A stretch of 32,000 nucleotides of DNA from Aliivibrio fischeri ES114. Its GTDB lineage: Bacteria; Pseudomonadota; Gammaproteobacteria; Enterobacterales; Vibrionaceae. Each line of letters opens with the position of its first letter. Within the stretch, counting starts at the first letter, position 1. A program made the translations under genes and the position numbers. Where the stretch lies: assembly GCF_000011805.1 (NCBI RefSeq), contig NC_006840.2; one strand, written 5' to 3'. Under the pieces are notes generated by a model that was not told where the DNA came from, made no database searches, and saw nothing but the letters and a program-made list of their open reading frames with translations. Positions 11,520 to 18,668 of this stretch are shown piece by piece.

Positions 11520-12102
11520 ATGCACTGCGTTTTTGATGCTTTTCTCTGTTCTCTAATTTCTTTTCTGCGCTTTTCCTTAATAGGATATATACCGCTCCCG
11601 AGCCACCATGTTGTGCTTTAGCTGAATGTACGCACATCACTTCTTTTATTTGTGGAAGCCATTGAGCAACATGACTTTTAACTAATGCCGGAGGGTTGGA
11701 TTTTGCACCTTTACCATGAACGATAACAGCAAAGCGTACATCCATTTTCTGGCATTGTTTTAAAAAGTGAAGCACTTCATCTCTAGCTTGTTTTAATGTG
11801 CGTTTGTGTAAGTCTAAACGTGCTTGAATTTCATATTTACCGAGACGAACTTTTCGATATACGCCATCTTGAACGCCATCGCGTTTAAACTCAATGATAT
11901 CGTCAGGTTGTAATAATGGTGCATTATCTAAAGACAGAAAATCTGGATCCGTTTCTGATAGTGCTTGCGCTGCCTCTTTACGTGCTAATTGAGATTCTGT
12001 TGCTTTATGGGGAGAGGTTAGTGGTGTCACTATATCTTGTTTAATGGGTTTTACATCTCCCATCATCTCTTGGAATAGTGAAAATTCATCTGTATGAGGC
12101 AT
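11518..12102 (-). CDS. smrA: Smr-domain endonuclease, SmrA/YdaL-like
   Basis: 194 aa with a C-terminal Smr domain (LDLHKRTLKQARDEV...VIVHGKG...HGGSGAVYILLRK). The C-terminal tail resembles remembered E. coli SmrA more than SmrB, so the gene symbol is less certain than the domain call. Confidence 0.7.
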   Translation of the reverse strand: MPHTDEFSLFQEMMGDVKPIKQDIVTPLTSPHKATESQLARKEAAQALSETDPDFLSLDNAPLLQPDDIIEFKRDGVQDGVYRKVRLGKYEIQARLDLHKRTLKQARDEVLHFLKQCQKMDVRFAVIVHGKGAKSNPPALVKSHVAQWLPQIKEVMCVHSAKAQHGGSGAVYILLRKSAEKKLENREKHQKRSA

Positions 12103-12245
12103 AAATAATCCTTAGAGCGATCATATATTTATTTGGATTATAGTGATGTAATTGATGAATTCTAAGCAAATTTTGATGATTTATTTATGAATTCGATTAA
12201 TTTGATGAATAAATAGCCGAACAAATTGAAAAATGAAAAAAACAC

Positions 12246-12273
12246 TTGTCAAAAAAATCCTGAGCAGTATTAT
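12246..12273 (+). promoter_or_regulatory. Sigma-70 promoter of tRNA-Pro
   Basis: TTGTCA (12246-12251), a 16-bp spacer, then TATTAT (12268-12273), followed by a GC-rich discriminator (GCCCTCG) typical of stringently controlled stable-RNA promoters. The region upstream is AT-rich and contains repeated TGATGAAT motifs. Confidence 0.55.
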
Positions 12274-12312
12274 AGCCCTCGTTGACACGGACAAGGTCTT
12301 TGTTAAACATTT

Positions 12313-12389
<77 letters not shown>

Positions 12390-12394
12390 CTTTT

Positions 12395-12428
12395 AAAAAA
12401 GCCGCATCAGAAATGATGCGGCTTTTTT
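12395..12428 (+). terminator. Rho-independent terminator of tRNA-Pro
   Basis: GCCGCATCA (12401-12409), loop GAAA, TGATGCGGC (12414-12422), then TTTTTT (12423-12428). Confidence 0.85.
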
Positions 12429-12652
12429 ACGTTTGTCGATCCTGTATTCATTCAAGTAACTATTTATACCAATCTACATAAGTATTTGATCATTCTTGCT
12501 TGTTAAAATCGATTATATCAGCGTTATAAATTTTGTAATTAGATCCACTAGTTACTGTAATTTATGCCTTGCTATAATCGATTTTTCCTACGCAATTATC
12601 TGAACAACTACTTATCCAGAATGGTATTATTCTTACTTACTGTGATTGATAT

Positions 12653-12690
12653 AAAAACGGCATTGATATCACTCAACACCGTTTATTATT
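12653..12690. terminator. Weak hairpin, candidate terminator downstream of copG (could act on either strand)
   Basis: ACGG..TTGA (12657-12666) pairs with TCAA..CCGT (12673-12682), with a 2x2 internal mismatch. Flanked by A5 on the left and the T-rich TTATTATTT on the right. Confidence 0.35.
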
Positions 12691-12691
12691 T

Positions 12692-12733
12692 CCCTAGTCC
12701 CTAGTCCCTAGTCCCTAGTCCCTAGTCCCTAGT
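12692..12733. repeat. Perfect tandem heptanucleotide repeat (CCCTAGT) x 6
   Basis: Counted directly: the units start at 12692, 12699, 12706, 12713, 12720 and 12727 with no mismatches. The copG TAG stop is the CTA of the last unit (12729-12731). Confidence 0.98.
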
Positions 12734-13166
12734 TATGCGTATTAAATAACGCTAATTTTCCATTTTCTTTAAACGCCACAACTTGGTATTTGTCTTTTTT
12801 ATCTCCATATTCCATACCCGGAGAGCCCATTGGCATACCTGGAACGGCTAGTCCTTTGTAGTCACGAGGATCAGCAAGAAATTCTTTAATATCAGATGCT
12901 GGAATATGACCTTCAAATACATAACCATCAATGACAGCGGTATGACAAGAAGTAAGACGAGGATCAACACCTAGTTTTTTCTTAATCGCACTCATGTCTT
13001 CATGCTTTTCAGTTTTAACGTCATAACCGTTATCTTTCATGTGTTGTTCCCATTCAGTGCAACAACCGCAGTAAGGGGATTTGTAAGAAGTAACTTCGGT
13101 TGCTGCAAATGCAGATGAGCTTATTAACATAAGAGAAGTGAAAGCTATTTTTTTTACGTTTTTCAT
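12729..13166 (-). CDS. copG: Periplasmic copper-resistance protein CopG (DUF411 family)
   Basis: 145 aa with a signal peptide (AFA/AT), the CGCC motif (YCGCCTEW) and the Met-rich MPMGSPGME motif of DUF411. It lies directly downstream of copA, as V. cholerae VC2216 lies next to copA VC2215. Confidence 0.85.
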   Translation of the reverse strand: MKNVKKIAFTSLMLISSSAFAATEVTSYKSPYCGCCTEWEQHMKDNGYDVKTEKHEDMSAIKKKLGVDPRLTSCHTAVIDGYVFEGHIPASDIKEFLADPRDYKGLAVPGMPMGSPGMEYGDKKDKYQVVAFKENGKLALFNTHN

Positions 13167-13182
13167 GGTGATATTCCACTAT

Positions 13183-13257
13183 TTACTTTGAATTAGGTGA
13201 AAGCCAGAACCAAAAAACAATGGCGACTATTAAAGAAATACCAATTACATTAATCAT
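13183..13257 (-). CDS. Unlisted 24-codon ORF encoding a single-TM micropeptide (MINVIGISLIVAIVFWFWLSPNSK)
   Basis: The ATG at 13257 is preceded by AGGTGG with a 4-nt spacer. It starts 11 nt after the copA stop and stops 16 nt before the copG ATG. The product has a hydrophobic core and a short polar tail. Its length is below the cutoff of the supplied ORF track. Confidence 0.5.
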   Translation of the reverse strand: MINVIGISLIVAIVFWFWLSPNSK

Positions 13258-13268
13258 GGTTCCACCTG

Positions 13269-15950
13269 TTATTTTTGTTGAGGTTGGGGAGTAAAAAGTC
13301 GTAACCGGTTTGCATTGGTGACGACCGTTATAGATGAAAGTGCCATTGCTGCGCCTGCAACGACTGGACTTAGTAGCATGCCAGTAAATGGGAATAAAAT
13401 GCCTGCCGCAACAGGGATCCCAATGGTATTGTATATAAATGCACCAAATAGATTTTGCTTCATATTTTTCATGGTTGCTTTGGATAATGTAATGGCATTG
13501 ACTGCAGTTAATAAAGAGTGATTCATTAACGTTAAATGTGCACTTTCAATTGCAACATCGCTGCCATTGCCCATTGCAATACCGACTTCAGCTTGTGCTA
13601 GTGCTGGGGCATCATTAATACCATCACCTATCATGGCCACTTTTTTGCCTTGTTTTTGCAGTTCTTGGATTGCTTGCGCTTTACCATCCGGTAATACTCC
13701 AGCAATGATTTGATTGATCCCTAGTTCTTTTGCTACGTGCTCTGCAGTCTCTTTACGATCGCCAGTTAACATGACAACATCAATACCAAGTTGGTTAAAT
13801 TGCTTGATAGCAGCTTTGGAATCTAAGCGAATGGCATCACTAACCTGAATAACCCCGATACACTCTTGCTCATTAGCCACATATAAAGGCGTAGCTGATG
13901 GTGAAATAGATACATCAGGAGTTGGTATGTTGTTCTTAGTAAGGTAACGATGGTTACCAATAAATATGAGATTACCATTTACTATCGCTGATGCACCTAG
14001 GCCCAGTTCGGCAGTAAAATTTGTACTAGTAAGAGGTATCCAATGGTTGTCATTTAAATAATTCACAACCGCTAACGCCAATGGATGCTCAGAATGAGTT
14101 TCGACTGCTGCTGCGAGTGAAATTACTTCTTTTTCATCGTATTGGTTGAAAAGGGTGACGTGATTTACCCTTGGTTTCCCTTCCGTTAATGTTCCTGTTT
14201 TATCTACAACAACCGTATCGATGGTGCTTGCAGTTTGAAGTACGTCAGCATCTTTAATTAATGCACCAAATTCAGCTGCTTTACCAATTCCTACGGTTAC
14301 CGACATAGGCGTTGCTAATCCAAGGGCGCAAGGACAAGCAATAATTAGAACTGTAGTGGCGACAACTAACATGTAACTTGATGTTGGCTCTGGACCAAAG
14401 TTATACCAAATAAGAGCGGATAGAATCGCGATAATCATAACGCTCGGAACAAAGATTGATGATATTTTATCTGCCAATTTAGCTAATTTAGGTTTACTGC
14501 TCTGTGCATTTCGTACCATAGTAATAATACGAGCGAGCATGGTGTGCTCACCAACTTTCGTCGCTTTAAAGGTAAAGCTTCCTTGTTGATTGATGGTACC
14601 GGCATGTACGGCATTACCTAAGGATTTTAAGCTCGGTATTGGCTCTCCAGTTAACATGGCTTCATCAAGATAGCTCTCACCACTCAAGATAGTGCCATCA
14701 ACGGGAATTTTTTCACCGGGTTTAATTTTAATTACCATTCCTTCAACAACTTGAGCGACAGGCAAGGTAACCTCTTGGCTATCAATAATAACGGTAGCCG
14801 TTTGTGGTTGTAAGTTGATCAGTTTTTCAATGGCATTTGACGTGCGATTTCTGGCTTTAGTTTCAATGAGGTTACCCAGTGTAATTAAGCCTAAGATCAT
14901 TGCTGTTGCTTCAAAATACACATGACGAGCTTGTTCTGGGAAGAATTCAGGAAAAAGAACTAGTGCCATGGAATATAGCCAAGCAGAGCCTGTGCCTAAT
15001 GCAACTAAGGTATCCATTGTTGCTCTATGGTGAGTAAAGGCTTTCCATGCATTCACAAAAAAGTGTCGACCAGCAGTCAGTAATAACCCTAAACAAATAA
15101 CTCCAATTACTCCCCAAGCGATTTGGTCGTGAGTATTTGATATTTGCATATTGCCACCGAAAACGCCCCACAACATGAGCGGAGCACCGATGCTTAGTGA
15201 TAAAATAGTATTTCTTTTATGTTTAGCGGTTGTTTTTAGAAATTGCTCTTTTTGTCGTACTCTGCGCTGTTCTTCACTTACGCTTAGTTCTGCGCCATAA
15301 CCCCCATCTTCAATGCTTTTGATTAATGTTGGTACATCAATATCGCCATGAACGAGCGCGGTGCGTTCAGCAAGATTAACCGTCACAGAGTGTACGTTTT
15401 TATTTTGCGCAATGATTTTTTCAACAGAAGATACGCAACTCGCACATGTCATTCCTGACAATATTAATTGTGTCGTTTTTTCTGATGAATAGTTGGTATT
15501 GTCTGTTTTGGGATTATCAGACTGAGGAGATAGATTCTCTTTATTATCAGATACAGGTGACTGGTTACTTGCATGAAAGCCAATAGACTCAATGAGTTCG
15601 ATAATATGTTGTTGCGAGTGAGTGGTTTCTAATTTCAATTGTGTTGTTGAAATAGACGTAATACTGGAATGTGATAAACCACTTAACGCTTCTTTGGTTT
15701 TATTGACGCACTTACCACAATTTAATCCAGACAAATAAAGAGTGACATGTTGTGCTTTAGGGACGGAATATCCAAGCTCTGTGATTAATTTAACCACCTC
15801 TTGATAAGAGAGAGTAGTGGTTAGCTTTGTATCCGTTTTAGTTACCGAGTATTGCTGTACATGCGGATTGTCTGCAAATGCTTTTTCTATTTTCGCAATA
15901 CAACGACCACAATTTAATCCCGCTAAAGGCAGATTGAATTCTTGACTCAT
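13269..15950 (-). CDS. copA: Copper-exporting P1B-type ATPase with three N-terminal heavy-metal-associated domains
   Basis: P-type motifs are present: TGE, CPC (ACPCALGLATP), DKTGTLT, SEHPLA and GDGINDAP. There are three HMA motifs: GLNCGRC, GLNCGKC and GMTCASC. It is divergent from cueR. Confidence 0.95.
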   Translation of the reverse strand: MSQEFNLPLAGLNCGRCIAKIEKAFADNPHVQQYSVTKTDTKLTTTLSYQEVVKLITELGYSVPKAQHVTLYLSGLNCGKCVNKTKEALSGLSHSSITSISTTQLKLETTHSQQHIIELIESIGFHASNQSPVSDNKENLSPQSDNPKTDNTNYSSEKTTQLILSGMTCASCVSSVEKIIAQNKNVHSVTVNLAERTALVHGDIDVPTLIKSIEDGGYGAELSVSEEQRRVRQKEQFLKTTAKHKRNTILSLSIGAPLMLWGVFGGNMQISNTHDQIAWGVIGVICLGLLLTAGRHFFVNAWKAFTHHRATMDTLVALGTGSAWLYSMALVLFPEFFPEQARHVYFEATAMILGLITLGNLIETKARNRTSNAIEKLINLQPQTATVIIDSQEVTLPVAQVVEGMVIKIKPGEKIPVDGTILSGESYLDEAMLTGEPIPSLKSLGNAVHAGTINQQGSFTFKATKVGEHTMLARIITMVRNAQSSKPKLAKLADKISSIFVPSVMIIAILSALIWYNFGPEPTSSYMLVVATTVLIIACPCALGLATPMSVTVGIGKAAEFGALIKDADVLQTASTIDTVVVDKTGTLTEGKPRVNHVTLFNQYDEKEVISLAAAVETHSEHPLALAVVNYLNDNHWIPLTSTNFTAELGLGASAIVNGNLIFIGNHRYLTKNNIPTPDVSISPSATPLYVANEQECIGVIQVSDAIRLDSKAAIKQFNQLGIDVVMLTGDRKETAEHVAKELGINQIIAGVLPDGKAQAIQELQKQGKKVAMIGDGINDAPALAQAEVGIAMGNGSDVAIESAHLTLMNHSLLTAVNAITLSKATMKNMKQNLFGAFIYNTIGIPVAAGILFPFTGMLLSPVVAGAAMALSSITVVTNANRLRLFTPQPQQK

Positions 15951-15982
15951 AATAACCTCGATAACTTATCTTGATATTAGAT

Positions 15983-16013
15983 ATCATAAACCTTACAGTT
16001 AATGGAAGGTCAA
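15983..16013 (-). promoter_or_regulatory. CueR-dependent copA promoter (MerR-type, 19-bp spacer) with a CueR dyad
   Basis: The minus strand reads TTGACC (16013-16008), the 19-bp spacer TTCCATTAACTGTAAGGTT, then TATGAT (15988-15983). The dyad ACCTTCC-N7-GTAAGGT (15990-16010) resembles the E. coli copA operator CCTTCC-N-GGAAGG. The overlong spacer is the MerR-family hallmark. Confidence 0.8.
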
Positions 16014-16035
16014 GAAGAAAAGTAAAGAGAGTAGT

Positions 16036-16437
16036 ATGAATATAAGTGAAGTAGCGAAATTAACTGGATTAACAGCAAAAGCAATTCGTTTTTATGAAAG
16101 TAAAGGGATAATAAAAGAGGCGAGTCGTGGCGCAAATGGATATCGTCAATATACACAACATCAAGTGGATGAGTTGTTACTTATCCGTCGCTCAAGGTTA
16201 GTTGGATTTAGCTTAGATGAATGTCAAGAGCTGTTAAATTTATCGAATAATCCAAATAGACGAAGTGCGGATGTAAAACAAAAAACACTAGAAAAGGTTT
16301 CAGAAATAGAAACTAAGATAGAAGAGCTAGAAAGGATGAAGAAAACGTTATTAGATCTAGCTGATGCATGCCCTGGAGATGATAGTAACGATTGTCCAAT
16401 TATTAAAGGATTAACCTGTTGCCATGAGAAGAAATAA
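16036..16437 (+). CDS. cueR: Cu(I)-responsive MerR-family transcriptional regulator
   Basis: Has an N-terminal MerR HTH ([21 protein letters not shown]) and a dimerisation helix. The C-terminal metal loop [11 protein letters not shown] is almost identical to E. coli CueR C112-C120. Confidence 0.93.
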   Translation: MNISEVAKLTGLTAKAIRFYESKGIIKEASRGANGYRQYTQHQVDELLLIRRSRLVGFSLDECQELLNLSNNPNRRSADVKQKTLEKVSEIETKIEELERMKKTLLDLADACPGDDSNDCPIIKGLTCCHEKK

Positions 16438-16448
16438 CAACAGGTTAA
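16411..16448. terminator. Perfect 11-bp inverted repeat spanning the cueR stop codon (candidate terminator between convergent cueR and cnoX)
   Basis: TTAACCTGTTG (16411-16421) pairs with CAACAGGTTAA (16438-16448). The 16-nt loop contains the cueR TAA. There is no good U-run on either side, so the function is uncertain. Confidence 0.3.
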
Positions 16449-16473
16449 ATAATGACAGGTTATATGCTTTACT

Positions 16474-17328
16474 TTAATAAAGTAGAGAATAGAGTTGGCG
16501 ACGGAATTTACCTGCGATAGGGTTACCTTGACCTAGAGCAGATAGAATATCCATCATTACTTTTTTTACTTGGCCATCTTGAGCATTAAGATCTTTAACT
16601 AGTATCGCCATTAAAATCTCTAACGCTTCTTCTTGTCGATTTACTTGGCTATATTGAATAGCAAGCTCTAATGCGACTTCAGTATTGGTTGGTTCTGCAC
16701 TGTGTTTTTCTTCTAATGCTTGAATTTCAGGTGTATTACCTGCTTGTTTATGTAGCTCAAGTTTAGCGACTAATTCTTTATATTTACTATCCTGATCTTG
16801 CATTAAAATTTCAGACAAGATGCTTTCAGCTTGATCATAGGCCTGTGTTTCAATATAGCATTGCGCGATATGAAGCTTGATTTGCCCATTACCACCAAAA
16901 TGGTCTAATAAAGCGATCAACATAGGGAGTGCGGCTTGGTATTCACCCTCTTCAACTAATTTAAACGCTTGCCCTAATTGAAGCTCTTCTTGACTAGGTA
17001 AGTGTTTGCTTAACATACCTTGGATGGCTTCAATTGTTTGAGGACCACCCATACCATCTACGGCTTGACCATTTTTAAATAAGGCAATAGTAGGTAATGT
17101 TTGCACACCAAATTGTTGAGCAAGGCCTTGTTGTTCTTGGCAATTAAGTAGGGCAAGGGTAACAGCATCACCGTATTGTTGGGCAAGCTGTTGAAGTGCA
17201 GGTATTACAGAAAGGCTTTCTTGGCTCATTGGCGCCCAGAAGTGAATCAACACAGGGGTTTGCACTGAGCTTTCTATAATTTGCTGGAAATTTTGTTCGT
17301 TCAATTCAACGCTATGTTCTGCTTGCAT
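16474..17328 (-). CDS. cnoX: Thioredoxin-fold/TPR co-chaperone (chaperedoxin) YbbN/CnoX
   Basis: 284 aa. The N-terminal thioredoxin-like domain has no CxxC (FWAPMSQES). The C-terminal region is TPR-like. This architecture matches E. coli YbbN. Confidence 0.85.
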   Translation of the reverse strand: MQAEHSVELNEQNFQQIIESSVQTPVLIHFWAPMSQESLSVIPALQQLAQQYGDAVTLALLNCQEQQGLAQQFGVQTLPTIALFKNGQAVDGMGGPQTIEAIQGMLSKHLPSQEELQLGQAFKLVEEGEYQAALPMLIALLDHFGGNGQIKLHIAQCYIETQAYDQAESILSEILMQDQDSKYKELVAKLELHKQAGNTPEIQALEEKHSAEPTNTEVALELAIQYSQVNRQEEALEILMAILVKDLNAQDGQVKKVMMDILSALGQGNPIAGKFRRQLYSLLY

Positions 17329-17364
17329 ATCTTGTCCTAAAATCAGAATTATCTCTTTTAGTAG

Positions 17365-17393
17365 ATATATGGCGTTTGTGGGCTATTTTCAAG
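17365..17393 (-). promoter_or_regulatory. Candidate sigma-32 promoter of cnoX
   Basis: The minus strand reads CCTTGAAA, the 14-nt spacer ATAGCCCACAAACG, then CCATATAT, against the consensus CTTGAAA-N13-14-CCCCATnT. It lies about 35 nt upstream of the cnoX ATG. E. coli ybbN is reported to be a sigma-32 regulon member. Confidence 0.5.
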
Positions 17394-17400
17394 GAGACAA

Positions 17401-17444
17401 AAAACAAGAAAGCCACGATATTAAAATATTGTGGCTTTTTGTTT
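17401..17444. terminator. Bidirectional rho-independent terminator (ends the ybbO/small-ORF transcript)
   Basis: AGCCACGATA (17411-17420) pairs with TATTGTGGCT (17427-17436), including one G-U pair. It is flanked by A/T runs on both sides. Confidence 0.75.
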
Positions 17445-17461
17445 GCAAGCAAAGGTTACTA

Positions 17462-17527
17462 TTAGATCAGTATGAATACCGCAACCGCTACACTCACACA
17501 GATCCAGTTAATTTTTCCTAGTGTCAT
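17462..17527 (-). CDS. Unlisted 21-codon ORF encoding a hydrophobic peptide (MTLGKINWICVSVAVAVFILI)
   Basis: The ATG at 17527 is preceded by GAGG with a 5-nt spacer (GAGGGAAGT-ATG). The TAA stop at 17462-17464 is followed 17 nt later by the strong terminator at 17401-17444. The ORF sits in an otherwise unexplained 328-bp gap. Confidence 0.4.
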   Translation of the reverse strand: MTLGKINWICVSVAVAVFILI

Positions 17528-17656
17528 ACTTCCCTCGAAAACACTAATCGACCAGATAGTATTAAATATACGATTGCTTTATGACACTAATATTACATTT
17601 TTATCTTTTTCTCGTATTTATTAAAAATTACACAGTGGTGGCGGTATAAAGTTACA

Positions 17657-18484
17657 TTAATCACTCTTATTTAAGATCTTATCGAGGATTTTTGTTGGTA
17701 AAATACGTTTAAGAAATGCAAATAAATACGTTGGAAAGGTAACTCGATACCTTACTTTTGGTTTTGTGGAATTTAAGGCGTGTAGTAATGGGGAAATGAC
17801 GGCGGTTGATGGTAAAATAAACGCACTACCTGACTTTTCTTTTTCGAGTCTTTGTTGCTGAATAAGGTATTTTTCCTTATGAGGGCTATTTTCTACATCT
17901 ATCCATTTATTAAATGCTTTCAATGCGTTAGAGCGGAATTCGGTTTCTATTGGCCCAGGTTCAATTAAGCAGACTTTAATGTTTGTATCTGATAGTTCTA
18001 GACGTAACGTATCTGTCCAACCTTCAATAGCAAATTTTGATGCGTTATAAGCTCCACGGTATTTCATGGCAACAATGCCTAAAACAGAGCTGTTTTGAAT
18101 GATACGTCCTTGATTTTGTTCTCTCATTATTGGGAGTAATTCTGTTACTAACTGATGCCAACCAAAGAAATTAGCTTCGAACTGTTCTTTTAAGGCATCA
18201 CGAGGTAGATCTTCGAGTGCACCTGCCTGTCCATAAGCCCCATTATTAAATAAAGCGTATAATTTTCCATCAGTTAGTGCTTTTATTTTGTGCACCGCAT
18301 CACTGACGCTCTGAGGATCATTATAATCGAGTTGTAAGCAAGTGAGCCCTTCCTTCTGAAGTCGAATAACATCTTCTTCTTTTCTACATGAGGCGATAAC
18401 ATTAAAGCCGTGTTGCTGTAATTGGTGAGCTGCGGTATATCCGATACCTGTAGAGCAGCCAGTTATAAATATAGAACGCTTCAT
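17657..18484 (-). CDS. ybbO: Short-chain dehydrogenase/reductase family oxidoreductase, YbbO-like
   Basis: 275 aa with the TGxxxGxG cofactor motif (TGCSTGIG), NNGA and the catalytic S...YNASK. It neighbours ybbN/cnoX as in E. coli. The substrate cannot be inferred. Confidence 0.8.
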   Translation of the reverse strand: MKRSIFITGCSTGIGYTAAHQLQQHGFNVIASCRKEEDVIRLQKEGLTCLQLDYNDPQSVSDAVHKIKALTDGKLYALFNNGAYGQAGALEDLPRDALKEQFEANFFGWHQLVTELLPIMREQNQGRIIQNSSVLGIVAMKYRGAYNASKFAIEGWTDTLRLELSDTNIKVCLIEPGPIETEFRSNALKAFNKWIDVENSPHKEKYLIQQQRLEKEKSGSAFILPSTAVISPLLHALNSTKPKVRYRVTFPTYLFAFLKRILPTKILDKILNKSD

Positions 18485-18620
18485 AAATCCCTATAAATGT
18501 TTATTAGCAAACCAAATAAGTACATAGACCTTATTTTCGCTGACATAAGTACAATAGAAAACAGTATAAAGTAGGGGTTATAGAATTGATAATTCGAGTG
18601 TGAGATTGTGTGTATAAAAC

Positions 18621-18651
18621 AAAAAAAGCCAATAATGCTATTGGCTTTTTT
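18621..18651. terminator. Rho-independent terminator after proX
   Basis: GCCAATA (18628-18634), loop ATGC, TATTGGC (18639-18645). Flanked by A7 and T6. Confidence 0.85.
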
Positions 18652-18668
18652 GGGAGTATGATGAAGGA

